Source: an uncultured Gammaproteobacteria bacterium (GTDB taxonomy: Bacteria; Patescibacteriota; Microgenomatia; Levybacterales; UBA12049). Taken from it: a stretch of 64,000 nucleotides of DNA. The translations under genes and the position numbers were made by a program. Positions within the stretch are counted from its first letter, which is position 1. Every line of letters starts with the position of its first letter. Under the pieces are notes generated by a model. That model saw only the letters and a list, made by a program, of their open reading frames with translations, was not told where the DNA came from and ran no database searches. Where the stretch lies: the NCBI GenBank assembly GCA_964521295.1, contig CAZFRF010000001.1:705016-769015 (forward strand). Reading direction: 5' to 3'. Below, in pieces: positions 37,600 to 46,666 of the stretch.

Positions 37600-39883
37600 A
37601 GCTTGCGCTTGGCGTTGCGCTGGAAATACATGAACCCTCTGTTCCTTTAATAAAGTATTCAATTCCTCCAAAGCAATTTCTAGTAACAATATTTTCAGGC
37701 ATTCGAGGTGGTACAGTATTTTGATTTGCAAGCAGATTGGTCATCAACTTATTCCAAATAGGAGCAGCGCCTGTTATTCCAGAGGCTAGATTTTGACTCA
37801 TAGGTGTGTTGTCATTATTTCCAACCCAAACCGCTACTAGATAAGAAGGCGTAAAGCCAATAGTCCAATTGTCTCTTTTGTTATCTGTAGTTCCGGTTTT
37901 AACAGATACCACTTTTCCGGGAATATTAAGTGGAGAATTTGAGCCAAACTCCATTGATCTTGCCTTATTATCAGCCAAAATATTTGCAAGAATATAGGCA
38001 ACTGATTCATCTAAAATCTTTTCACCACTTGGGTTGTTTTTTTGATATAAAACATTTCCAGAATAATCACTGACTTTAAGTAAGGGATTGACTTCGACCT
38101 TTTTACCTAAGTTGGCAATAGTTCCATATACGGTAGCCATGTCAGTCATTTTTACTTCTGCAGCGCCTAGGGTAATAGAGAGTCCGTAATTTTGTGAATC
38201 TTTCCAAGTGGTAATGCCCATTTTTTTAGCTAAATTTACCATTGTTGGTACTCCCATTTTATTTAAAAGTTTTACAGCAGGAATATTGAAGGAATTTGCA
38301 AGTGCAAGTCTTAAGGGAACTCTTCCGTGAAAGGCGCCATCATAGTTTACAGGTGAGTAAGAAGGTCCACCAGGGTTAGTAAAGGTAATGGGTGTATCTT
38401 CTAGAATTGAAGCAGCAGTGTAGCCATTAGATAAGGCTGCGGCATAAGTTATTGGTTTAATAGATGATCCAGGTTGTCTTAGAGATGTAGTTAAATTGAC
38501 AGCTCCAAAGCTAGGTTCATTATAATCTTTTGATCCCACCATGGCTAGAATGTCTCCGTTTTTGGGATTTGTAATTAAAGCTGCTCCGTTAGATATGTTT
38601 AGATTAAAGTCGTTATCGATTTCTTCTTTAACAATATCCTCAGCTACATTCTGAGTATTTAAATCAAGACTGGTGATTACATTTAAACCACCTTTTTCAA
38701 CTATGTTTAGGCCATATTTTTTAATTAGTAAGTCCTTAACATACATTACAAAATGGGGTGCATAAATTGGGGTTTGGGGTGATTCAAAGATTAATTCTTC
38801 GGTTTCAGCTTGTTCCTTTTCTTGTTTAGTAATGTATTTTAATTCATACATTTTTCTTAAAACATCTAATTGTCTTTTTTTCCATAAGTTTGGGTTTTGT
38901 CCATAAGGTGAATAGTCGCTTGGTGCTTGGGGCATTCCTGCTAGAAATGTACTTTGGGCTAGGTTTAGGTTTTTGACGGGTTTACCAAAGTATGTTTCAG
39001 CTGCAGACTCTACTCCCCAGGCAGTTCCTCCATAAGGAACTTGATTAAAATACATTTCCAAAATTTGATTTTTGGTATAAATTTTTTCTGCCCAGAAAGC
39101 TAATACAATTTCCTTAATTTTTCTTTCTATGGTAATTTCTGGTGTAAGTAGAGTTGATTTAATTAACTGTTGCGTTATTGTTGATCCTCCTTGAATTGGT
39201 TTACCAGATAAGTCGGCAATGGCTGCTCTAGTTATTGCGTTGATATCGAATCCGGGGTTTTTATAAAAATCTTTATCTTCAATAGCAATAGTTGCATCAA
39301 TTAAGTCCTGGGGAAGAGTAGATAAAGGCACTAAAGTTCTATTTTCATTAGCATAAATTTGATACAAAAGCTTACCATGACGATCATAAATCTTGGTAGT
39401 TTGAGGAATTGCCCTTTCAGATAGTTGTTTTGGGTTAGGAAGTGAGTTTAGGAAAAAGTAAATATAAACAGGAATTAAAACAAATATGAAACAAACTAGA
39501 AAACCAAAAAAGAAAAATTTAAATTTTAGTTTTAAATAGCGAGGAACAGGATAAATTGTAATTTGATTTCTTTCAATTTCTTTCTCAAGTTTAGTTTTTT
39601 TTAAGTTTTTCTTTTTCTGATTTACATTCCTTTTGAAGGACTTAAATGACAAAAATAGTCTAAAACTTGCCATTTTAGTTTTTGTATCAATAGCTTTAAT
39701 AGCATTTACAAATGCATTAATTGTGTTTTTTATTAATCTAAAAAATCCAAGTATTTTACCGAAACCAAATTTTATTATGGAAAAAATGAGGCTAAATATT
39801 AATTTTGCTAGCAAAATCACAACCTCGCCTATGGTTGATAAAACCACAAGAATGATATTCAAAATTAAGATTAAGATTTGCAT
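37589..39883 (-). CDS. Class A penicillin-binding protein (PBP1A family)
   Basis: EDKDFY, GGSTITQQ, RQPGSSIK, SFN, KTGT. Confidence 0.95.
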   Translation of the reverse strand: MQILILILNIILVVLSTIGEVVILLAKLIFSLIFSIIKFGFGKILGFFRLIKNTINAFVNAIKAIDTKTKMASFRLFLSFKSFKRNVNQKKKNLKKTKLEKEIERNQITIYPVPRYLKLKFKFFFFGFLVCFIFVLIPVYIYFFLNSLPNPKQLSERAIPQTTKIYDRHGKLLYQIYANENRTLVPLSTLPQDLIDATIAIEDKDFYKNPGFDINAITRAAIADLSGKPIQGGSTITQQLIKSTLLTPEITIERKIKEIVLAFWAEKIYTKNQILEMYFNQVPYGGTAWGVESAAETYFGKPVKNLNLAQSTFLAGMPQAPSDYSPYGQNPNLWKKRQLDVLRKMYELKYITKQEKEQAETEELIFESPQTPIYAPHFVMYVKDLLIKKYGLNIVEKGGLNVITSLDLNTQNVAEDIVKEEIDNDFNLNISNGAALITNPKNGDILAMVGSKDYNEPSFGAVNLTTSLRQPGSSIKPITYAAALSNGYTAASILEDTPITFTNPGGPSYSPVNYDGAFHGRVPLRLALANSFNIPAVKLLNKMGVPTMVNLAKKMGITTWKDSQNYGLSITLGAAEVKMTDMATVYGTIANLGKKVEVNPLLKVSDYSGNVLYQKNNPSGEKILDESVAYILANILADNKARSMEFGSNSPLNIPGKVVSVKTGTTDNKRDNWTIGFTPSYLVAVWVGNNDNTPMSQNLASGITGAAPIWNKLMTNLLANQNTVPPRMPENIVTRNCFGGIEYFIKGTEGSCISSATPSASFKN

Positions 39884-39943
39884 AAAAAATAATAAAACCT
39901 GAAGCTAACCTATTATACTATAGGTATAAAAAAAATTAAAGTA

Positions 39944-42154
39944 TTATTGTCCTGGGGTCGGAGAAGGCGATGGACTAGGGTGGGGGCAGGTTAAACAGTA
40001 TTGATCTCCTGTTGGATCAGTATAAATAACTTGATCTTTTTGCTCAAGATTATCGGTCTGGCCTTTTTTAGGAAGATCTTGGGTATTTTTATCAACAAAA
40101 ATTGGCGTGCTGGCAGAAGCACCTGTTTTGGGCTCACTTCCTTTAATAAAATATTCCTGCTTTGTTGGGCAAGATGAACTTGATCCAGGTGGTGGCGGGA
40201 GTAGTCCAGTGTCTGAGCAAATGGTTTTTTGAATTACATTGGCTGGTTGAGGTATGGATTCTGGGGTTTTACCCCTTAGAAGATAGGACATAATGTCATT
40301 CCAAATAGGGGCAGCGCCTGTGACTCCTGAAACAACCCCGTTCATCTGACTATTGTCGTTATTTCCCACCCAAGTTGCTACGAGTACGGATGGTGTATAG
40401 CCAATTGTCCAGTTATCGCGATAATCGTTAGTAGTGCCAGTCTTAACAGATACAATTTGACCTGGAATTCTTAATTCCGAACTAGGACCAAAGGCAGCTA
40501 ATCTTGCTCCGTTGTCAGCTAACATGTCAGAAATAATAAAAGCAACTCCATCCGGTAAAACTTTTTTACCAAAAATTGGACTTTTTGGTGCGTCATATTT
40601 TTCTAAAACTTTACCATTTTTGTCTACAATTTTAAGAACTGGATGTAGATTGACTTTGTAGCCATTATTGGCAAAAACTCCAAAGGCCTGTGCCATATCA
40701 AGCATTCTTACTTCTCCTCCTCCTAGGGTTAACGATAGGCCATAGTCAGTAGAGTTGTTGAAGGTGGTGATTCCCATCGCTGAAGCTGTTGCAATCATTG
40801 CTTTTAAGCCATTTAGTTTTAGCATTTTTACAGCTGGTATATTGAAAGAATTCCCTAGAGAAATACGCATTGAGGCTAATCCATGCCATTTACCATCATA
40901 ATTCGCAGGGCAATATTCTTTTCCTCCTTGATTAGGGAAGCAAATGGGTTGGTCTATAAAGGTTGTGGCAGCGCTGTAATTATTAATAAGTCCAACAGCA
41001 TAATTAACTGGTTTAATTGAAGATCCGGGTTGTCTAAGTGCTGTTGTAATATTTACATTACCATCAATACTTGTGTCAAAATAGTCTTTTGACCCAACCA
41101 TAGCTAAAATTTCTCCAGTTGCTGGATTGGTCACGATCGCAGCACCATTTGTAACATGATAATAATTAGGTAAAGAATTAACTTCTGCAGCAACTGAAGC
41201 TTGTGCCATATCTTGAATATCTAAATCTAGGCTGGTTGTAACCTTAAGTCCACCTTCTTCGACAACTTTTTCACCATATTTTTGAATTAATAGATCTTTA
41301 ATATATAAAACAAAATGTGGCGCCTCAATACTATTAGAGATTTTTTTATATTTTAAATTAGCGGTAGCAGCTTTTTTCTCTTGTGCAGCAGTTATATAAC
41401 CTTGTTCTCGCATGGCTTTTAAGACTTCAAGTTGCCTTCTTTTAGCCAAATCTGGTCTTGACCCAAAAGGAGAGTAATAAGTAGGAGATTGGGGAAGTCC
41501 AGCAAGAAGTGCAGATTCTTCCAAATTTAATTCTTTAGCATGTTTGCCAAAATATGTCTGAGATGCTGCCTCTATTCCGTAGGCGGGTCCACCGTAAGGA
41601 CTTTGATTTAGATACATTTCTAGAATTTGATTTTTAGAGTAAATAAATTCAGTAGCAAAAGATAATAAAATTTCTTTGGCTTTTCTAGGCAATGTCCGTT
41701 CCTGAGTTAGCAAGCTGTTTTTAACGAGTTGCTGGGTTAGAGTAGACCCTCCTTGAACTTGTTTGTGAAGAATCGTTGAAAAAAATGCTCTAGTAATTCC
41801 CCTCAGATCGATTGCGCCGTGTTGATAAAAATTTCTGTCCTCAATTGCAATTGTTGCTTGCTGCATATATTTAGGAATGGTTGAGAGCGGAATAAAGGTT
41901 TGATTCTTTTTGTCATAAATATTGTATAAAAGTTTTCCATTACGATCATAAATTAATGTTGATTGCGGAGCAGAGTTGCTGCTTAGCTTAGTAGGAAGTG
42001 GTAAGTCTTTTAAGATAAAAAAATAGAAACCTACGCAAAAAGCAATTATAAGTATTGCGAAGATTATCTTAAATTTATTGTTAACAATTGTTTTTAAATT
42101 AATTTTTGTATACGTTTTAATTGATAAATACTTAGATTTTGTTAGTTTTTCCAT
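39944..42154 (-). CDS. Class A penicillin-binding protein (PBP1A family), tandem paralog
   Basis: EDRNFY, GGSTLTQQ, RQPGSSIK, SFN, KTGT. Confidence 0.95.
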   Translation of the reverse strand: MEKLTKSKYLSIKTYTKINLKTIVNNKFKIIFAILIIAFCVGFYFFILKDLPLPTKLSSNSAPQSTLIYDRNGKLLYNIYDKKNQTFIPLSTIPKYMQQATIAIEDRNFYQHGAIDLRGITRAFFSTILHKQVQGGSTLTQQLVKNSLLTQERTLPRKAKEILLSFATEFIYSKNQILEMYLNQSPYGGPAYGIEAASQTYFGKHAKELNLEESALLAGLPQSPTYYSPFGSRPDLAKRRQLEVLKAMREQGYITAAQEKKAATANLKYKKISNSIEAPHFVLYIKDLLIQKYGEKVVEEGGLKVTTSLDLDIQDMAQASVAAEVNSLPNYYHVTNGAAIVTNPATGEILAMVGSKDYFDTSIDGNVNITTALRQPGSSIKPVNYAVGLINNYSAATTFIDQPICFPNQGGKEYCPANYDGKWHGLASMRISLGNSFNIPAVKMLKLNGLKAMIATASAMGITTFNNSTDYGLSLTLGGGEVRMLDMAQAFGVFANNGYKVNLHPVLKIVDKNGKVLEKYDAPKSPIFGKKVLPDGVAFIISDMLADNGARLAAFGPSSELRIPGQIVSVKTGTTNDYRDNWTIGYTPSVLVATWVGNNDNSQMNGVVSGVTGAAPIWNDIMSYLLRGKTPESIPQPANVIQKTICSDTGLLPPPPGSSSSCPTKQEYFIKGSEPKTGASASTPIFVDKNTQDLPKKGQTDNLEQKDQVIYTDPTGDQYCLTCPHPSPSPSPTPGQ

Positions 42155-42201
42155 TTCTAAATAATACCATTTGAGCTATACTTAATTCAATTAAGCTAAT
42201 T

Positions 42202-43233
42202 ATGGACTTTAATTTACTAACTAACATCTTGTCTATAGGAAAATATGGTGTTAATTGGATTGATATTCTACTTATATTAATTATTCTGGTTTTTGTAGTT
42301 GAGGGTTATTTTTTGGGTTTTTTTTCGGCTTTAATAGATTTTGTTAGTTTTATTTTGTCTTTTGTTTTAGGTCTGGCTTTGTATAGCGTAATTGCTAAGC
42401 TTTTAGTTCAGTTATTAAATATTCCTCAGGGTTTTGCAAACGCAATAGGATTTTTGGTAATCGCAATTTTGTTTGAAATTTTACTTAATGTAATTTTAAA
42501 AAAAGTAGCTTTAAATATTCCCATTTTTATTAAAAATAATCCTAGAACAAATAATCTAATGTTTGTAGAGAAATTGTTGGGCACTATTCCTGGATTTTTT
42601 TCGGGTTTGGTTTTGTCAGCTTTTATTTTTAGTTTACTAATCGCTTTGCCATTTTCAGTTTTTCTAAAACATTCAGTAACAAATTCAAGGTTTGGTAGTT
42701 TAGTAGTAGCTAACACCCAGGTATTTGCCAAAAGCTTAAGTGAAGTTTTTGGTGGAGCAGTGAATGATACACTTTCTTTTTTAACAATAGAGCCCAAAAG
42801 TAATCAAGTTGTTGATTTAAAATTCAAATTAAAACCAAAAGAGATAACAATCGACAAAGAGGCTGAGAAAGAGATGCTGGTTTTAGTTAATAAGGAAAGA
42901 AAATTAAGAAATTTAAAAGAAGTTACTTTTTCTGAATCATTAACAAATTTAGCCAGAATACACTGTAAAGATATGTTTGTCAGGGGATATTTTTCTCACT
43001 ACACTCCAGAAGGATTGACTCCCTTTGATCGTATGACGCAGTATGATATTGCCTTTAATTTTGCTGGAGAAAATTTAGCGCTAGCTCCTAATACAGACTT
43101 GGCCATGCGAGGCTTAATGCAGAGTCCTGGGCACAAAGCTAATATCTTGTCCTCAGATTTTGCTAAGCTAGGAGTAGGAGTATTAGATGGTGGAATTTAT
43201 GGACAAATGTTTTGTCAGGAGTTTACAGATTAA
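42202..43233 (+). CDS. CvpA-family membrane domain fused to a CAP (SCP) domain
   Basis: NWIDILL..EGYFLGF TM region; LVNKER, YFSH, GENLA, SPGHKANIL. Confidence 0.85.
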   Translation: MDFNLLTNILSIGKYGVNWIDILLILIILVFVVEGYFLGFFSALIDFVSFILSFVLGLALYSVIAKLLVQLLNIPQGFANAIGFLVIAILFEILLNVILKKVALNIPIFIKNNPRTNNLMFVEKLLGTIPGFFSGLVLSAFIFSLLIALPFSVFLKHSVTNSRFGSLVVANTQVFAKSLSEVFGGAVNDTLSFLTIEPKSNQVVDLKFKLKPKEITIDKEAEKEMLVLVNKERKLRNLKEVTFSESLTNLARIHCKDMFVRGYFSHYTPEGLTPFDRMTQYDIAFNFAGENLALAPNTDLAMRGLMQSPGHKANILSSDFAKLGVGVLDGGIYGQMFCQEFTD

Positions 43234-44267
43234 TGAAGCTTAAAAAAATACAAGAAACAGATGTAGCTGGAAAAATTGTCTTACTCAGGGCTGATTTAGA
43301 CGTGCCGATTGAAAACGGTGATATTGTTGATGATTCAAGATTAAATGCTTGGTTTCCAACTCTTGAGTATTTAGTAAGACAAGGTGCCCAGGTTGTTGTC
43401 GCTGGTCATTTAGGAAGACCTGAGGGGGTTTACGATAAATATTCCCTAGCTCCTGTTGCGTTGTGGATTGCTAAAAAGATTAATTCTCATGCAGAGGAAG
43501 TTGACTTGGAAGGTTTTAAGGCTTGGAAGTTAGCGCAAAATGTTTTTGTTTTAGAAAATTTAAGGTTTTATAAAGAAGAAGAGGAGAATGAAGTTGAATT
43601 TAGTAAAAAACTTGCTTCTCTTGCGCAGGTTTTTGTTAACGATGCTTTTGCTTCCTCGCACAGAAAACACGCCTCAGTAGTTGGAATTACAGAGTATCTA
43701 CCTTCATTTGCAGGCTTAAGGTTAGAAAAGGAAATAGAAGAACTATCAAAAGTAATAACAAATCCTGCTAGACCCCTAACTATTATTATAGGTGGAGCAA
43801 AAATAGAGACAAAACTTCCTTTGGTTGAAAAAATGCATCGTTTTGCAGATTTAGTTGTGGTAGGTGGAGAGCTTGCTGAGAATACTAAGGTTTTAGCTAA
43901 AGTAGCTCATGAGAAAATTGAAGGGCAAAAATCTGAGTTATTAATCGGAGACTTAATTACAAACGGAAAAGATTTGACGATTGAAAGCGTAGAAAAATTT
44001 ATAGAAGCAGCTTCTAAATCTGCGACAATTGTTTGGAATGGTCCCATGGGCTTAATAGAGGCTGAAGATTATGCAGGAGCAACCCATGTTCTAGCAGAGG
44101 GTATTTCAAAGTTAAGTGCATATAAGATAGTTGGGGGAGGAGATACCGTAGCGTTTTTACAAAAACAAAATTTACTGAGTCTTTTTGATTTTGTTTCTAT
44201 TGGCGGAGGAGCGATGCTTGAGTTTTTGAGTGGAGAAACCTTGCCTGGAATAGAAGTCCTGCAATAG
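43233..44267 (+). CDS. pgk: Phosphoglycerate kinase
   Basis: RADLDVP, HLGRP, LENLRF, NDAF, WNGPMG, GGGD, GGGA. Confidence 0.96.
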   Translation: MKLKKIQETDVAGKIVLLRADLDVPIENGDIVDDSRLNAWFPTLEYLVRQGAQVVVAGHLGRPEGVYDKYSLAPVALWIAKKINSHAEEVDLEGFKAWKLAQNVFVLENLRFYKEEEENEVEFSKKLASLAQVFVNDAFASSHRKHASVVGITEYLPSFAGLRLEKEIEELSKVITNPARPLTIIIGGAKIETKLPLVEKMHRFADLVVVGGELAENTKVLAKVAHEKIEGQKSELLIGDLITNGKDLTIESVEKFIEAASKSATIVWNGPMGLIEAEDYAGATHVLAEGISKLSAYKIVGGGDTVAFLQKQNLLSLFDFVSIGGGAMLEFLSGETLPGIEVLQ

Positions 44268-44309
44268 GCTGCTTGTTTAGATTTTAAATCCTTTGTATAC
44301 TTAAATTAT

Positions 44310-45392
44310 ATGATCCGCACTGCCATTAACGGATATGGAAGAATTGGAAGGGTTGCTCACCGAGTAATTCTTGAAAAATACCTAGATCAGGTTGAAATAG
44401 TTGCTATTAATGCTGGATCCTCTACTGATATTAAGGGATGGATGTATCTTTTAAAATATGATACTTCTTATGGTCCTATATATAGTATGGATGTTACATA
44501 TCAGGAGAAAGAAGAGAACTCTAAGTATCCTGATTTAATAGGATACCTTCTTATAGATAATAAAAAGATACCTGTGTTCTCCCAAAAAGATCCAACTCTT
44601 CTTCCCTGGAAAGATTTAAATGTGGATGTCGTAATTGAATCAACTGGGCATTTTACGAGCGAAGAAGATTTAAAAAAGCATTTGGGAGCAGGAGCAAGAT
44701 CGGTTGTTTTATCCGCGCCTGCTAAAGAGGGAAATGTGCCTACGTATGTAATTTCTGTAAACGAAAAGAAGTATCAAGGTGAAAATATTATCAACAATGC
44801 TTCATGTACGACTAATTGTATTACTCCGGTTGCTAAAGTGATTTCTGATACCTTTGGGGTGGAGAAGGCAATGATGACAACTATTCATGGTTATACCTCG
44901 GATCAGGAGCTGCAGGATGGTGGGCATAAAGATTATAGAAGAGCCCGGGCTGCCGCGCAAAACATAGTACCAACAACGACAGGCGCAACCATTGCAGCTG
45001 CTCAAGTCTTACCAGAGCTTTCAGGTTTATTTAATGGCTTATCAGTTAGGGTTCCCGTTGCTGTTGGATCTTTGTCAGATTTTACTTTTCTACTTAAAAG
45101 AGAAACAACTAAAGAAGAGGTAAACAGCGCTTTAAGAAATGCTGCTAAATTACCTGCTTTTTCAGGTATTTTAGCCGTGACAGACGACCCATTAGTATCA
45201 GCTGATATTATTGGTAGTCCATATTCTTCGATCGTTGATCTGTCTTTGACTCAGGTTGTTGGTAATATGGTAAAAATTGTGGCTTGGTATGACAATGAAT
45301 ATGGCTATGCAAATAGATTAGTGGAGGAAGTTATAATGCTTGGGCAAAGCAGGTCAGAACTTGAGCCCAAAATTGCTCCTTTATCTGCCTAA
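44310..45392 (+). CDS. gap: Type I glyceraldehyde-3-phosphate dehydrogenase
   Basis: INGYGRIGR, NASCTTNC, WYDNEYGY. Confidence 0.97.
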   Translation: MIRTAINGYGRIGRVAHRVILEKYLDQVEIVAINAGSSTDIKGWMYLLKYDTSYGPIYSMDVTYQEKEENSKYPDLIGYLLIDNKKIPVFSQKDPTLLPWKDLNVDVVIESTGHFTSEEDLKKHLGAGARSVVLSAPAKEGNVPTYVISVNEKKYQGENIINNASCTTNCITPVAKVISDTFGVEKAMMTTIHGYTSDQELQDGGHKDYRRARAAAQNIVPTTTGATIAAAQVLPELSGLFNGLSVRVPVAVGSLSDFTFLLKRETTKEEVNSALRNAAKLPAFSGILAVTDDPLVSADIIGSPYSSIVDLSLTQVVGNMVKIVAWYDNEYGYANRLVEEVIMLGQSRSELEPKIAPLSA

Positions 45393-45434
45393 GATTCTTC
45401 TTGAATCACTTTTGAAAAGATGTATAATGAGTGA

Positions 45435-45971
45435 GTGAAAAAGCTCTTCTTAGCCTCATTATTATTCTTTCTGCTCTTTTTAAAAAGTGAAGTTGTTGTG
45501 GCTAAGGAAGCAACTGCTTCAGCAGCTCCTGTGCGCGTAGAATATGAGCTTCCTTATCCAGGACTTCTTCCTGATAATCCTTTATATTTCTTAAAAGCTA
45601 TAAGAGATAATTTGCAGAAGTTTTTTATCTCTGACCCCTTAAGAAAAGCAGAATTCGACTTATTACAAGCAAACAAGAGACTCAAAGCGGGGGAAATATT
45701 AATAATGAAGGGTAAATTTGATTTAGGTTTTACAACTTTATCTAAAGCAGGAAATTATTTTGAAGATGGATTAGTGAAAGTTCAACTTGCAAAAAAACAA
45801 GGAAATGATGTTAATTCACTTCTTTCAGAAATGTTTACTGCAGCAAAAAAACAACAAGAAGTAATGCAAAATTTAGAAAAAAATAAAAAAGGGGATGAAT
45901 TAAGAAACTTAAGATTCTTGGAAGAACGGGCTAGAGACTTTTCAGAAAGGGTATTAATAATTAAGTCTTAA
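45435..45971 (+). CDS. Exported DUF5667-like helical protein
   Basis: Signal peptide, LPYPGLLPDNPLYFLK. Confidence 0.7.
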   Translation: MKKLFLASLLFFLLFLKSEVVVAKEATASAAPVRVEYELPYPGLLPDNPLYFLKAIRDNLQKFFISDPLRKAEFDLLQANKRLKAGEILIMKGKFDLGFTTLSKAGNYFEDGLVKVQLAKKQGNDVNSLLSEMFTAAKKQQEVMQNLEKNKKGDELRNLRFLEERARDFSERVLIIKS

Positions 45972-46134
45972 ATATATTAATAATTTATATTTTAGAACAC
46001 ATTTTTTGTACTTATTTTTTAAGACTTTTAAGCATCTAGAATATCTTTTTTATCCTATTTTTTGGTCTTCTAAAAACGGCTAAAAAATCGAGGCTAAAAA
46101 AAATACTGACTCTTTTTGATATAGAAATTTATAG

Positions 46135-46186
46135 TTGACACCCTGTTACTAGTGCCATATGATTTTTTTGGCACTAAATATAGGGA
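46135..46186 (+). promoter_or_regulatory. nrdR-nrdJ promoter with NrdR box
   Basis: TTGACA 46135-46140, 17 bp spacer, TATGAT 46158-46163; GCACTAAATATAGGGA 46171-46186 matches the acaCwAtATaTwGtg consensus. Confidence 0.75.
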
Positions 46187-46211
46187 TCGAAAAATTCAGT
46201 GCAAAAAATAT

Positions 46212-46661
46212 ATGAAGTGTCCATATTGCGGTAGTAAAGAGACGGAAGTAGTTGAGACCAGAGATAGCGAAGATTTAGAGACGATACGCAGAAGAAGAGA
46301 ATGCACGAAGTGCAACAAGAGATTCACTACTTACGAGAGGATTGAAAACGTTCATTTAATAGTAATAAAAAAAGACGGAAAAAGAGAGCAGTTTGACCGC
46401 GATAAGTTAAAAAGAGGAATTTTAAGTTCTTGTCAGAAAACTAAAATTACCTTAGCGGATGTAGAAAGAATAGTAGTCGAAATTGAAAGAGAGCTGAGGA
46501 CAGCGGATAGCGTTGAAGTAGAAAGTAAGAGAATCGGACAAATGGTTGCAACTAGACTAAAATCTCTAGACAAAGTTGCTTATATCAGATTCTCAAGTGT
46601 TTTTAAAAGATTTGTAGACATAGAAGACTTTGAAAAAGAAGTCAAAAAATTAATTAAATAA
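46212..46661 (+). CDS. nrdR: Transcriptional repressor NrdR
   Basis: MKCPYC, IRRRRECTKC..RFTTYE, ATP-cone, VAYIRF. Confidence 0.97.
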   Translation: MKCPYCGSKETEVVETRDSEDLETIRRRRECTKCNKRFTTYERIENVHLIVIKKDGKREQFDRDKLKRGILSSCQKTKITLADVERIVVEIERELRTADSVEVESKRIGQMVATRLKSLDKVAYIRFSSVFKRFVDIEDFEKEVKKLIK

Positions 46662-46666
46662 ATATT

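Noticed and set aside
37589-42154. Tandem class A PBPs as a novelty
   Set aside because: Ordinary diverged paralogs with intact catalytic motifs
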